Shown: positions 1-7,643 of the stretch, piece after piece
Layout of the letters: the number at the start of each line of letters is the position of its first letter
Position numbering within the stretch: the stretch's first letter is position 1
Origin: Clostridiales bacterium
Lineage (GTDB): Bacteria > Bacillota > Clostridia > Christensenellales > UBA1242
Length of the DNA: 53,818 nucleotides
Direction: 5' to 3'
Assembly (NCBI GenBank): GCA_918241715.1
Contig: CAKJYB010000022.1
Location: 1 to 53,818, forward strand
Notes under the pieces: generated by a model
What the model was told of the DNA's origin: nothing
What the model saw: only the letters and a program-made list of their open reading frames with translations
Database searches by the model: none
Translations under genes and position numbers: made by a program

Positions 1-235
1 ACTCTGGTTCATGTCCAAAAATCTGTGCAATCTTTATTTTTTCTTCGTCAGTTGTAAGTGTCAAAAATCCGGTTTTCTTTGGGCTATGAGCCATTGCTCT
101 GGCCGAAAGCATCTCTGTTATGGTTGCGTCTGCACCAAAAGAAGAACATAGTGCCCTAAAGCCTACGTCTGTTACTCCTGCCATTGGTGCAAGAATAAGT
201 GGATTTTCTGAAAAATCTAAGTCTTTTATTTTCAT
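1..235 (-). CDS. dus: tRNA-dihydrouridine synthase, N-terminal fragment (gene runs off the left window edge)
   Basis: Reverse-strand translation from the ATG at 233-235 reads MKIKDLDFSENPLILAPMAGVTDVGFRALCSSFGADATITEMLSARAM... This is the conserved Dus N-terminus with the APMAGVTD motif. It is absent from the ORF track because it is truncated by the window edge. Confidence 0.85.
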   Translation of the reverse strand, partial: MKIKDLDFSENPLILAPMAGVTDVGFRALCSSFGADATITEMLSARAMAHSPKKTGFLTLTTDEEKIKIAQIFGHEPE

Positions 236-241
236 ATTGTG

Positions 242-270
242 ATTCTAGCATATTTTCTTCTTTTTGGCAA
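242..270 (-). promoter_or_regulatory. sigA-type promoter of dus: -35 TTGCCA, 17-nt spacer, extended -10 TGCTAGAAT; ATG starts 7 nt after the -10 (leaderless geometry)
   Basis: Reverse complement of 233-270 is TTGCCA-aaaagaagaaaatatgc-TAGAAT-cacaat-ATG. There is no purine-rich Shine-Dalgarno between the -10 box and the ATG. Confidence 0.55.
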
Positions 271-271
271 A

Positions 272-292
272 GAAAAAGCCGACAATGTCGGC
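272..292 (-). terminator. Rho-independent terminator after the HU gene
   Basis: GCCGAC (278-283) / GTCGGC (287-292) form a hairpin with a 3-nt loop. The A-run at 273-277 gives a T-run on the minus strand, 4 nt after the HU stop codon. Confidence 0.6.
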
Positions 293-295
293 AGT

Positions 296-568
296 TTAAC
301 TTATTGCATACTTAAAATTGTCATAACTTTTAAAGTTTACAAGTTTCTTTGGTTTGCAAATATAATAACGCTTTGTTTGTGGGTTTAAAAATTTCCTTGA
401 TTTTCTCTCTTGCAAAGAGAATTTTCCAAAGCTTCTTATGTTTACATTTCCACCCTTTGAGCACACTTCCAAAATGGCAAGTTTTAGCTCATTTAAAAAA
501 TTGTCGCAACTTTTCTTTGGCATGTTTGTTCTGCTTGAAAGCAGTCTTACAAATTCTGTTTTATTCAT
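296..568 (-). CDS. hup: HU/IHF-family nucleoid-associated DNA-binding protein (divergent)
   Basis: The 90-aa protein starts MNKTEFVRLLS... and contains SFGKFSLQERKSRKFLNPQTKRYYICKPKKLVNFK, which matches the HU beta-arm pattern (GFG.F....R.gRNPqT...i) with the intercalating Pro retained. SD GGGGGTG lies 4 nt upstream of the ATG. Confidence 0.85.
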   Translation of the reverse strand: MNKTEFVRLLSSRTNMPKKSCDNFLNELKLAILEVCSKGGNVNIRSFGKFSLQERKSRKFLNPQTKRYYICKPKKLVNFKSYDNFKYAIS

Positions 569-607
569 ATAGCACCCCCAACAAAATTTTTGTCTATATC
601 AAAATTT

Positions 608-2164
608 TTAAACATAGTTTTTCTTCTTTTTTGAAAACAATTTGATAAGATATGGAATGATAAAAATTCCATACACAACAACACCAACAAAAACAGAGAG
701 AACAAGGTTTACAACATTTCCAAAATAATCACATTTCAAAAAGCTGTAAACGGCAAAAAACATTGCTGTTGTTGCAAACAAAAGGTTGAAGATTTCGTTT
801 AAACTTACAGAAAAATCTGCTTTCTTTTTCAGCTTCAAAACAGAGCAAAAACAGACAAACCCAGAAAGCGCTATATTCCCAAAAACAAGAGCAAAAACAT
901 TGATTGCTCCAACACCAGAAAGCGCTATTGTAATCACAACTTTTAGAAGTGCCCCAATCGCCGTTGTTTTCAGCACAAAACCAAATTCTCCACACGCCTG
1001 CAAAAGCATGACAAAATACTGCATGATTGCAGTAAAAATAATCGAAAAACTCCCATACAGCATAAGGTCAAAAGTCAGCCCCAAAAACTCACTTTCAACG
1101 CTTGTGTAAAAGATCGGCAAAAGGCTTTTGGAGATTGCCACAAGGCCAAGTGTTGTTGGCAAAATTAAAACAAGCAAAATTTTTAGCCCCTTTTCCACAA
1201 GACCTTTCTTTGCTGTGCCTTTTGATATGATGTAAGAAACATTTGGCAACATGGCTGTTGTTATTGCAACAGAAATAATCAATGGAAAATTAAGTATCGC
1301 CCCAACGACACCACTCTGCAATCCAAACAATTTTGTTGAAAGTTGCGTTGTAAGCCCAGAAGAAACCAATCTTTTGACAACAACAAGACCATCAATAGCG
1401 TTGGCAAGTGGAATTGTTGCTGTGGAAAGCACCAACAAAAAGTTTGTTCTGTCAAACTCTCTCTTTGCAGGTCTGGAATCCATCTCTGTCAAATATCTTT
1501 CTTTTTTGCAAAGATACCAAACAAACAACATAACCAAAGTCAAAACTTCACTTAAAACAATCCCCAAAAACGCACCAAAGACACCACTTTCAACTCCGTA
1601 TTTTCCAAAGATATAGGCAAATAAAAGTCCAAAGGCAAATTTAATCACTTGCTCTACAATTTGACTTGTTGCCGTTGGAAGCATGTTTTCGTACCCCTGA
1701 AAATAGCCCCTTAGTGCCGCAATTATTGCTCCGGTCGGAAGCAAAACAACAAAAAGCATATAACTTCTGTTGGATAAAATTCCCTGCAAAACAGAAATCT
1801 TTTTCCAAAAAACAAAAAACGCCAAACCAACCAAAAGTCCTACCAAAAGTCCAACAAAAACAGCTCTTAAAAGATAGACTTTTATCTTGCCATATTCACG
1901 CTTTGCCCTTGCAGAGCCAATGAGTTTTGAAAGAGAAATTGTCATTCCACCACAAGTCGCCACCAAAGCAAACGTGTAAAGTGCCATAATAAGCTGAAAA
2001 ACTCCAATCCCTTCCAATCCTAAAAGGTTTGTCAGTGGCAGTCTGAAAAATGCGCCAAGAAACTTGCAAACAATGCCACTTCCCAACAAAAACAGGGCCC
2101 CAAGACCCAAATTTGAGTGTTCTTTTTCCAAAATAAAGACCCCTTTTTCCCCTATTTTTGCCAT
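608..2164 (-). CDS. MOP-superfamily flippase (MurJ / SpoVB / YabM-like polysaccharide or lipid II flippase)
   Basis: 518-aa polytopic membrane protein with roughly 14 hydrophobic helices. The N-terminus GAFFRLPLTNLLGLEGIGVFQLIMALY is typical of the MurJ/SpoVB family. SD AGGGAG lies 6 nt upstream of the ATG. Confidence 0.8.
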   Translation of the reverse strand: MAKIGEKGVFILEKEHSNLGLGALFLLGSGIVCKFLGAFFRLPLTNLLGLEGIGVFQLIMALYTFALVATCGGMTISLSKLIGSARAKREYGKIKVYLLRAVFVGLLVGLLVGLAFFVFWKKISVLQGILSNRSYMLFVVLLPTGAIIAALRGYFQGYENMLPTATSQIVEQVIKFAFGLLFAYIFGKYGVESGVFGAFLGIVLSEVLTLVMLFVWYLCKKERYLTEMDSRPAKREFDRTNFLLVLSTATIPLANAIDGLVVVKRLVSSGLTTQLSTKLFGLQSGVVGAILNFPLIISVAITTAMLPNVSYIISKGTAKKGLVEKGLKILLVLILPTTLGLVAISKSLLPIFYTSVESEFLGLTFDLMLYGSFSIIFTAIMQYFVMLLQACGEFGFVLKTTAIGALLKVVITIALSGVGAINVFALVFGNIALSGFVCFCSVLKLKKKADFSVSLNEIFNLLFATTAMFFAVYSFLKCDYFGNVVNLVLSVFVGVVVYGIFIIPYLIKLFSKKKKNYV

Positions 2165-2188
2165 GTTGGACTCCCTTTATGCCAAAAT

Positions 2189-2217
2189 ATTTTACAAAAA
2201 GGTATTTACAAAGTAAA
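2189..2217 (-). promoter_or_regulatory. Candidate promoter of the flippase gene (-35 TTTACT, 17 nt, -10 TAAAAT)
   Basis: Reverse complement of 2189-2217 is TTTACT-N17-TAAAAT, which would leave a leader of about 20 nt containing the SD. It sits back-to-back with the plus-strand promoter at 2205-2233. Confidence 0.4.
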
Positions 2218-2233
2218 AAAATCATGCTATAAT
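2205..2233 (+). promoter_or_regulatory. sigA-type promoter of the 2264-2902 gene (-35 TTTACA, 17 nt, -10 TATAAT)
   Basis: TTTACA at 2205-2210 and TATAAT at 2228-2233 are separated by an exact 17-nt spacer. AGGAG SD is at 2252-2256 and the ATG at 2264. Confidence 0.6.
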
Positions 2234-2263
2234 CAACTACGAATATATAAAAGGAGAAAGCCT

Positions 2264-2902
2264 ATGAGTAGCACACCGAAAACAATTACGTTCACTCTGC
2301 CACCTTTACCAACCGGTGAAGCAACCGTTGATTTGAACAGGTATTACACTGACATTGATTACAGAAACACAATCAACAATGACCCTGCTGTTGATAGCAT
2401 CTTATCTTCTCTTAAAGCAGTTAAAAAATCTCTTTGGAAGAATTTTCTTCAAGAAGATGCTGTCATAAAAAACTATTTTAAAAACGCTGGTGACAGAAAT
2501 GTTAATGAAGGCTTTAAAGGCGCACTTTCAAAAGTTTGTGTAAATGATATATTTGCTTTCTACACAAAATTTGTAAGATATTCTGTAGATTTGTTCTTGG
2601 CAACAGGATCAATCGAACTTTTGAACCCAAACGTTTTCAACAGAAGTCTGTTGACAGCAAGAAGAGATGATTTAAAAACTCTTATATATTTCCCATCTTA
2701 CGCCTTCCCTGCAGCAAAGAAAACTATTTCTGCATTAGAAGCAATAAAGGCTTCTGGGAACAACTTGGTAAGTTATGATAGTAAGGGCAAACCAGTATCA
2801 CTTAGTGAAGAACTTCCTTCAGCATTTAATGATGTTGAAGATACTTACAGCAGAAACGTTCTTCAAGGAAGAACAATCAACCTTGATGGTGAAGGTAAAT
2901 AA
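2264..2902 (+). CDS. Hypothetical cytoplasmic protein (212 aa), no family recognised
   Basis: Start chosen at Met50 of track ORF 2117-2902 (MSSTPKTITF...), because AAGGAG lies 7 nt upstream and a consensus promoter precedes it. It has no signal peptide and is followed by its own terminator. Confidence 0.7.
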   Translation: MSSTPKTITFTLPPLPTGEATVDLNRYYTDIDYRNTINNDPAVDSILSSLKAVKKSLWKNFLQEDAVIKNYFKNAGDRNVNEGFKGALSKVCVNDIFAFYTKFVRYSVDLFLATGSIELLNPNVFNRSLLTARRDDLKTLIYFPSYAFPAAKKTISALEAIKASGNNLVSYDSKGKPVSLSEELPSAFNDVEDTYSRNVLQGRTINLDGEGK

Positions 2903-2935
2903 AAAAGAAGATAACAATTTATCTTCTTTTTTTTA
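2903..2935. terminator. Bidirectional rho-independent terminator between convergent genes
   Basis: AAGAAGATAA (2905-2914) and TTATCTTCTT (2919-2928) form a perfect 10-bp stem with loop CAAT. An A-run flanks one side and a T-run (to 2934) the other. Confidence 0.75.
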
Positions 2936-4360
2936 TTATCCACCAATGCTTAACCCCTCTTCATTGTCCATTTCTCTTTCAATTTCTTTATCAGAATCTT
3001 TGTTTATTTCCTTTTCTTTTTCTTCGCTCTCCTCGTCTACAAATCTGTCACTTTCTTCCCCTAAAACTTTTTCTTTTTCTTCGCTCTCCTCATTTATGAT
3101 TTGATCATTTTCGTCTTCGAGGTCAACAATTTTTACTTCCATCTCTTCATCATCTTCATCAGAATCTAATATTATAGGTTTCGCATGTGATTGATTTTCT
3201 TCCGTTTCTGGTTTTCTGTTCATTACAGGTATTTTTGTTCCCTTATGCAAAGGGTTTACATCAACTGGCTCTGATTCTCTCCTAAAGCTATCTATCTTGG
3301 CATTTTCTCTTGGTGGAGCAAGTAAAACCCCTCCACCACCTTTTTTCTTGTCGTCTTTCTTTGGTTTGTCCTTGTCACCTTTACCTTTGCCACCCTTGCC
3401 GGCATCTTTCTTTTTGGCTGGTTTCTTTTTGGCTTTGGTTTCTTCTTTTTTCTTGGCATCCGGCTTCTTTGGCTCAAGCGTGTCTCTTGGCTCAACTCTT
3501 CTTATCACGTCAATTCCACGTGCTCTGTTTAAAGATTCGATATAACTTCTTATCACTTCTGGACTGCTTGCAAGGATTGATTCCAAAAGTCCGGGATATT
3601 TGAGCATAAGCCCATCTAAAATGAGTTTAAGTCTTGTATAATCTTGTGCAATTCCTGGAAATTTTTCAAAAAGTTTTTCGTAAATTGATCTATACCCTGC
3701 CTTGACTTCAAAGCCGTTTTCTCCAAAAGCGTCAAGCATGTCAAGATATTTTAAAAGATAAATCTGAGCCCAGATATCAAAGAGCTCTTTATACATGTTT
3801 TCTTCTCTTTCAAAGTCTGCAAAAAGTTTGAAGAACAAATTGTCATTTCCAATCTCAACAGGCTCTTTCAAAACGTTCCATTCCAAAAGTGCGTTTTGTT
3901 CAAACATTGGAGAATACATTTCAACAAGTTTTCCGATCTCTTGTTTATGAACAATTGATTCTTCTGCACGTCTTTCGGTCTCCACAATTCTGATTGTTGC
4001 CGTGCAATAAGTCTCCACAATGTCAAGATCAATTTCAAAATTCAAAACATGATTTCCAACTTTTGTGCTTGCATAAACTATGTTGTTTTCTTTCAAATCC
4101 AAGTGCTTTGGAAGAGACAAAAGCGCTTCCAAAATCTTTGTGTCCTTTATGGAGTATTTTCCGTCAGAAGAAAATTCTCCCAAAAGTCCATCACGGAGTT
4201 TTACTTGGTAGAAATAAATCTCATAAAATTTGTCTCTAAGTTTCTTTACGTCAACGTCTTCTTTTTTCTCTTCTGCAGGCTTGTCTGGAGTGTTGCCTTC
4301 TGCAGTTGCGTAAAGAATATCAAAAATATCTTTCATGCCCTTATTATACAACGCAGACAT
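2936..4360 (-). CDS. Hypothetical protein with a ~300-aa globular N-domain, a Lys/Gly-rich basic linker and a strongly acidic C-terminal tail (alternative start at 4336)
   Basis: 474-aa ORF. The basic tract is KKPDAKKKEETKAKKKPAKKKDAGKGGKGKGDKDKPKKDDKKKGGGG. The tail is rich in D/E with a duplicated EESEEKEK. Neither Met1 (4360) nor Met9 (4336) has an SD, but Met9 sits 6 nt after a consensus -10 (see the promoter feature at 4343-4371). Confidence 0.7.
   Translation of the reverse strand: MSALYNKGMKDIFDILYATAEGNTPDKPAEEKKEDVDVKKLRDKFYEIYFYQVKLRDGLLGEFSSDGKYSIKDTKILEALLSLPKHLDLKENNIVYASTKVGNHVLNFEIDLDIVETYCTATIRIVETERRAEESIVHKQEIGKLVEMYSPMFEQNALLEWNVLKEPVEIGNDNLFFKLFADFEREENMYKELFDIWAQIYLLKYLDMLDAFGENGFEVKAGYRSIYEKLFEKFPGIAQDYTRLKLILDGLMLKYPGLLESILASSPEVIRSYIESLNRARGIDVIRRVEPRDTLEPKKPDAKKKEETKAKKKPAKKKDAGKGGKGKGDKDKPKKDDKKKGGGGVLLAPPRENAKIDSFRRESEPVDVNPLHKGTKIPVMNRKPETEENQSHAKPIILDSDEDDEEMEVKIVDLEDENDQIINEESEEKEKVLGEESDRFVDEESEEKEKEINKDSDKEIEREMDNEEGLSIGG
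3012..3091 (-). repeat. Exact 23-nt direct repeat (in-frame duplication, 57-nt period) inside the acidic tail
   Basis: ttttctttttcttcgctctcctc occurs at 3012-3034 and again at 3069-3091. It encodes EESEEKEK twice, 19 codons apart. Confidence 0.9.
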
Positions 4361-4371
4361 CTTTTTTGCAA
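4343..4371 (-). promoter_or_regulatory. sigA-type promoter (-35 TTGCAA, 17 nt, -10 TATAAT) placing Met9 of the Lys/Glu-rich ORF 7 nt after the -10
   Basis: Reverse complement of 4334-4371 is TTGCAA-aaaagatgtctgcgttg-TATAAT-aagggc-ATG. Confidence 0.5.
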
Positions 4372-4381
4372 CACAAAAAAA

Positions 4382-4696
4382 TTACTTTTTTAAAAAAGTA
4401 ACGCAAAGTGGCTTTTCTTTGATGTCATTCAAAGTTATTCCATTTGCAACACACTTTCCGTTGTCATTAAAAAGACAATGTGCCTTGCAATCAATGTCAA
4501 GCGTTTTGGAATCTCTCTGTGGAGCATAAATTGGTGGGTCGTTTGAAAAAATCTTTTTTGTTTTATCCACCACCAATTTGTTTTTGTCCAACTGGTATTG
4601 CTCACATTCGCAATTTTTCTTAATCAAAATTCCCTTTGCCTTGCAAGTGTATCTGTCATTGTAGACACAACTTGTTTTTCTACATCTTATATCCAT
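4382..4696 (-). CDS. DUF1540-type small Cys-rich protein (two Cys-motif repeats)
   Basis: MDIRCRKTSCVYNDRYTCKAKGILI...CECEQY and CKAHCLFNDNGKCVANGITL...PLCVTF match the duplicated C-x2-C-x-YN...C-x-A..I pattern of DUF1540. I start it at 4696 (SD GGGAG 5 nt upstream) rather than the track start 4774, which would overlap the rplI SD and promoter. Confidence 0.75.
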   Translation of the reverse strand: MDIRCRKTSCVYNDRYTCKAKGILIKKNCECEQYQLDKNKLVVDKTKKIFSNDPPIYAPQRDSKTLDIDCKAHCLFNDNGKCVANGITLNDIKEKPLCVTFLKK

Positions 4697-4727
4697 ATCA
4701 GTCTCCCACCAAATTGTTGGCTTTATG

Positions 4728-4757
4728 TTGACAAAATAAACTCTTTTGTTGTAAACT
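4728..4757 (+). promoter_or_regulatory. Candidate rplI promoter (-35 TTGACA, 18 nt, -10 TAAACT)
   Basis: TTGACA at 4728-4733 and TAAACT at 4752-4757. AAGGAG SD is at 4766-4771. Confidence 0.4.
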
Positions 4758-4776
4758 TTTTCTATAAGGAGCAAAT

Positions 4777-5220
4777 ATGAAAGTAGTTTTACTTAAAGAC
4801 GTAAAAGGCACAGGAAAGAAAGGAGAAGTAAAGGAAGTTTCAGATGGATTCGCAAAAAACTTTCTTCTTAAAAACGGAAGTGCAAAAATTGCAGACACAA
4901 GTGCATTGAATGAAAACAAATTTCAAAATGATGCAGCAAAATACCACAAACATCAAGAATTTTTAAGAGCACAAGAACTTGCAAAAAAGATTGACGGCAA
5001 AACAATCAAATTTGCCATCAAGTGTGGTGCAAACGGAAAGGCCTTTGGCTCAATAACCAGCAAAGAAATTTCTGAAGAATTTGAAAAGATGGGGATTTCA
5101 ATTGACAAGAAAAAAATTGACCTTAAAGATCCTATAAGAAATTCTGGCTCTTACAGCGTTGTTGCAAAAGTTTACCCTGAAGTTTCTGCAAAATTTAACG
5201 TAATTGTTGAAGCAAACTAA
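4777..5220 (+). CDS. rplI: 50S ribosomal protein L9
   Basis: [34 protein letters not shown]... is the canonical L9 N-terminus. The protein is 147 aa and has an AAGGAG SD. Confidence 0.95.
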   Translation: MKVVLLKDVKGTGKKGEVKEVSDGFAKNFLLKNGSAKIADTSALNENKFQNDAAKYHKHQEFLRAQELAKKIDGKTIKFAIKCGANGKAFGSITSKEISEEFEKMGISIDKKKIDLKDPIRNSGSYSVVAKVYPEVSAKFNVIVEAN

Positions 5221-5252
5221 AAAAACAGCCCAGCAAAACTGCTGGGTTTTTT
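5219..5252. terminator. Bidirectional rho-independent terminator (rplI on the plus strand; rsmA / small ORF on the minus strand)
   Basis: CCCAGC (5229-5234) / GCTGGG (5241-5246) form the stem. An A7 run (5219-5225) and a T6 run (5247-5252) flank it. Confidence 0.75.
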
Positions 5253-5400
5253 AATTCTTTCTTTTTCCCAAAAGGGAGTTGAGAGAACAAGAAATTTGGT
5301 TGACAAACCTTATCAAATCACAAAGTTCTTCCTTGTCAAGTCCACAGGCAAGTTGCATGGCAATTGATGTTGCAAACAAAATTTCTTCTTCGTCCGTCAT
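5251..5400 (-). CDS. Possible 49-aa small protein (resembles small clostridial DUF6774-like helical proteins)
   Basis: This is the Met56 sub-ORF of track ORF 5251-5565: MTDEEEILFATSIAMQLACGLDKEELCDLIRFVNQISCSLNSLLGKRKN. The upstream part of the track ORF overlaps rsmA out of frame. There is no SD, but a promoter-like TTGTCA-N18-TATATA ends 5 nt before the ATG. Confidence 0.4.
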   Translation of the reverse strand: MTDEEEILFATSIAMQLACGLDKEELCDLIRFVNQISCSLNSLLGKRKN

Positions 5401-5405
5401 GTGAT

Positions 5406-5435
5406 TATATATTAAATTATGCCAAAAATTGACAA
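5406..5435 (-). promoter_or_regulatory. Candidate promoter for the 49-aa ORF (-35 TTGTCA, 18 nt, -10 TATATA)
   Basis: Reverse complement of 5398-5435 is TTGTCA-N18-TATATA-atcac-ATG. The alternative -10 TATAAT would need a 20-nt spacer. Confidence 0.3.
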
Positions 5436-5440
5436 GAATC

Positions 5441-6223
5441 CTATTTCGTGTTGCATTTTTTGTACAATTCAACAAACTCTTCAAGCGACAACGCTTCTGC
5501 CCTTTTTGCAAGAGTTTTTTCGTCAAGTTTGTTTTTGATCTCTTCTTTTTGATAAATCTTTCCAAGATTGTTTAGAAGAGTTTTTCTTTTCATTGCAAAG
5601 CAATTTTGAACAAACTTTAAAAATTCTTCGTCATCGACACCATCAAATTTCTTTCTGTCAATGTCTATGTGCAAGATTGCAGAGTCAACATTTGGTTGTG
5701 GAAAAAACATCTGTCTTTTTACAATTCTTGTAATCTTGCTTTCTCCATAAAATTTTGCCAAGACCGACAAACTTCCATAATCTTTTTCTCCGGTCTGTGC
5801 ACAAATTCTCTCTGCAACTTCTTTTTGGACCATAATGGTCAAACTTTCAAGTTTTTTTGATTTAAACAATTTCATGATTATCGGTGTGGTTATGTAATAA
5901 GGCAAATTTGCCACAACCTTAAATTTTGACTTAAACATCTTTTCAACGTCTGCCATGTCAAAATCCATAAAATCACCAAACACAAATTTTGTGTTTTTCA
6001 AGCCAAGACTTTCCAACTTGTCCTGCAAATCTTTGTCAATCTCAAATGACACAACCTTTTTTGCCTTTTCGTCAAGCACACTTGTCAAACTTCCTGCACC
6101 TGCGCCAATTTCCAAAACTTCCGTGTCTTTTGTTATCCCTGCATCATCTGCAATGGCATTTAAAAGATTTTTATCACTCAAAAAATTTTGACCATATTTC
6201 TTTTTAAAAACAAATTCACTCAT
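5441..6223 (-). CDS. rsmA: 16S rRNA (adenine1518/1519-N6)-dimethyltransferase
   Basis: KKKYGQNFLSDKNLLNAIADDAGITKDTEVLEIGAGAGSLT and ANLPYYITTPI are KsgA/RsmA signatures. The start overlaps the tatD stop by 4 nt (ATGA). Confidence 0.95.
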   Translation of the reverse strand: MSEFVFKKKYGQNFLSDKNLLNAIADDAGITKDTEVLEIGAGAGSLTSVLDEKAKKVVSFEIDKDLQDKLESLGLKNTKFVFGDFMDFDMADVEKMFKSKFKVVANLPYYITTPIIMKLFKSKKLESLTIMVQKEVAERICAQTGEKDYGSLSVLAKFYGESKITRIVKRQMFFPQPNVDSAILHIDIDRKKFDGVDDEEFLKFVQNCFAMKRKTLLNNLGKIYQKEEIKNKLDEKTLAKRAEALSLEEFVELYKKCNTK

Positions 6224-6981
6224 ATTCCAAACAACCTTTTTGCGTTTTGTGTTGTGATGGAAGCAATCTCTTCCATCGAAACGCCTTTTATTTTTGCAAT
6301 CACGTCAGCCGTGTAAACAACGTTTTTAGGTTCGTTTCTCTGTCCCCTAAATGGCTCTGGAGTCATATAAGGACAATCCGTTTCAAGCAAAATTCTGTCA
6401 AGTGGAATTTGCCTTACAAGTTCCACAACGTTTTTTGCGTTTTTAAACGTAACAAGTCCACCAAACGAAAACGAAAATCCAAGTTTCATTAAAATTTCTG
6501 CACTTTCAAAACTTCCACTAAAGCAGTGCATCAAACTTTGTTTTTTGACTTTGTGTTGTATCAAAATTTCAATCGTGTCGCCAATTGAATCTCTTGTGTG
6601 AACAACAATCGGTTTTGAAAGTCTGTTTGCCATTTCAATTTGTTCGACAAAAAGTTTTTTCTGTTCTTCTTTGTTGTCCTTTGTGTAGTGATAGTCAAGA
6701 CCAATTTCTCCAATTGCCACAACTTTCTTTTCTCTTGCAAGTTTTTCAATTTCTTCAAGGCCTTTTGGGTCTGCTTCCTCAACGTTTTCTGGGTGAAATC
6801 CAACATTTGCATACACAATATCATATTGTTTTGAAAATTCCACTGCCCTTTGGGACGAAGAAAGATTGCAAGAAGCACAAATGCTTGCAACAACACCTGC
6901 CTGTTTTGCTCTTTCAACAACCTGAAAAACATCATCAAATTTTTCGTCTGTTATATGTCCGTGTGCGTCAACAAATTCCAT
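6220..6981 (-). CDS. tatD: TatD-family metal-dependent hydrolase/DNase
   Basis: The MEFVDAHGHI N-terminus (DxHxH), GFHPENV, GEIGLDYHY, VHTRDS and ETDCPYMTP are canonical TatD/YabD motifs. Confidence 0.93.
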   Translation of the reverse strand: MEFVDAHGHITDEKFDDVFQVVERAKQAGVVASICASCNLSSSQRAVEFSKQYDIVYANVGFHPENVEEADPKGLEEIEKLAREKKVVAIGEIGLDYHYTKDNKEEQKKLFVEQIEMANRLSKPIVVHTRDSIGDTIEILIQHKVKKQSLMHCFSGSFESAEILMKLGFSFSFGGLVTFKNAKNVVELVRQIPLDRILLETDCPYMTPEPFRGQRNEPKNVVYTADVIAKIKGVSMEEIASITTQNAKRLFGI

Positions 6982-6987
6982 AAAAAA

Positions 6988-7017
6988 ATTATAGCAAATT
7001 TTTCAAAATCAAGTCAA
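6988..7017 (-). promoter_or_regulatory. sigA-type promoter of tatD-rsmA: -35 TTGACT, 18 nt, extended -10 TGCTATAAT; ATG 7 nt after the -10 (leaderless geometry)
   Basis: Reverse complement of 6979-7017 is TTGACT-N18(ending TGC)-TATAAT-tttttt-ATG. The six intervening bases are all T, so an SD is impossible. Confidence 0.6.
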
Positions 7018-7067
7018 CATCTGCTTGGTTATTTCTTTTTTGGGACAAGTTTGCATAAATAACTATT

Positions 7068-7643
7068 GTGAACATATTTTGGCTTTTGATGATGCTCTCC
7101 AGCATTCTGGTCCTTTTGATAACAAACCCTGCCGGCATACTGACAGAGATGATTTCTGCGTCAACCAAAGCATTAAATTTGTGCTTGCAACTTTGTGCAA
7201 TTTATGCCGTCTGGCTTGGAATTTTGCAACTTGTTGATGCAAGTGGATTGAGTGAAAAACTTGCAAAACTTTTGCGTCCTTTCATTAAATGGCTTTTCAG
7301 GGTTGATGACGTTGAAACGCAAAAAGCAATTGCCCTAAACCTTTCAGCAAACATTCTTGGACTTGGAAATGCAGCAACTCCAATGGGAATAAATGCCATG
7401 CAAAAACTTGACGACGGAACAGGAACAGCAAACTTTGCAATGATAATGCTTATTGTTGTAAATGCAACTTCCATACAACTTTTGCCCACAACAATAATTG
7501 GACTTCGCACAAGTGCAGGTTCGACAAATCCGGCAGATATAATTTTTCCAACTCTTATCACAACTTTTATCACAACGGCACTTGGAATTGTTCTTGTAAA
7601 GGCAATAGACAAAATAAAGGAAAGAAAAAATGAACAATCTTAA
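7068..7643 (+). CDS. spmA: Spore maturation protein A-like nucleoside-recognition-domain membrane protein
   Basis: 191-aa polytopic protein. MNIFWLLMMLSSILVLLI... and GLGNAATPMGINAM are typical of SpmA. It has a GTG start with no obvious SD. Confidence 0.8.
   Translation: MNIFWLLMMLSSILVLLITNPAGILTEMISASTKALNLCLQLCAIYAVWLGILQLVDASGLSEKLAKLLRPFIKWLFRVDDVETQKAIALNLSANILGLGNAATPMGINAMQKLDDGTGTANFAMIMLIVVNATSIQLLPTTIIGLRTSAGSTNPADIIFPTLITTFITTALGIVLVKAIDKIKERKNEQS

Noticed and set aside
2775-3104. 109-aa plus-strand ORF with a striking SLSISLSISLSESLFISFSFSSLSSS repeat.
   Set aside because: It is the antisense reading of the poly-acidic (EEKEKE) tail of the 2936-4360 gene and overlaps the end of the 2264-2902 gene out of frame. 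The repeat is a mirror of the real coding repeat.
4697-4774. Longer N-terminal extension of the DUF1540 ORF (track start at 4774).
   Set aside because: The extension would overlap the rplI SD and the TTGACA -35 of the divergent rplI promoter. The internal Met at 4696 has a GGGAG SD and begins right at the first DUF1540 Cys motif.
7052-7070. spmA as a sixth leaderless gene (TGCATAAAT, 7 nt, GTG).
   Set aside because: It has a GTG start, no convincing -35, and an imperfect -10. It is too ambiguous to count, and GTG is a poor leaderless initiator.
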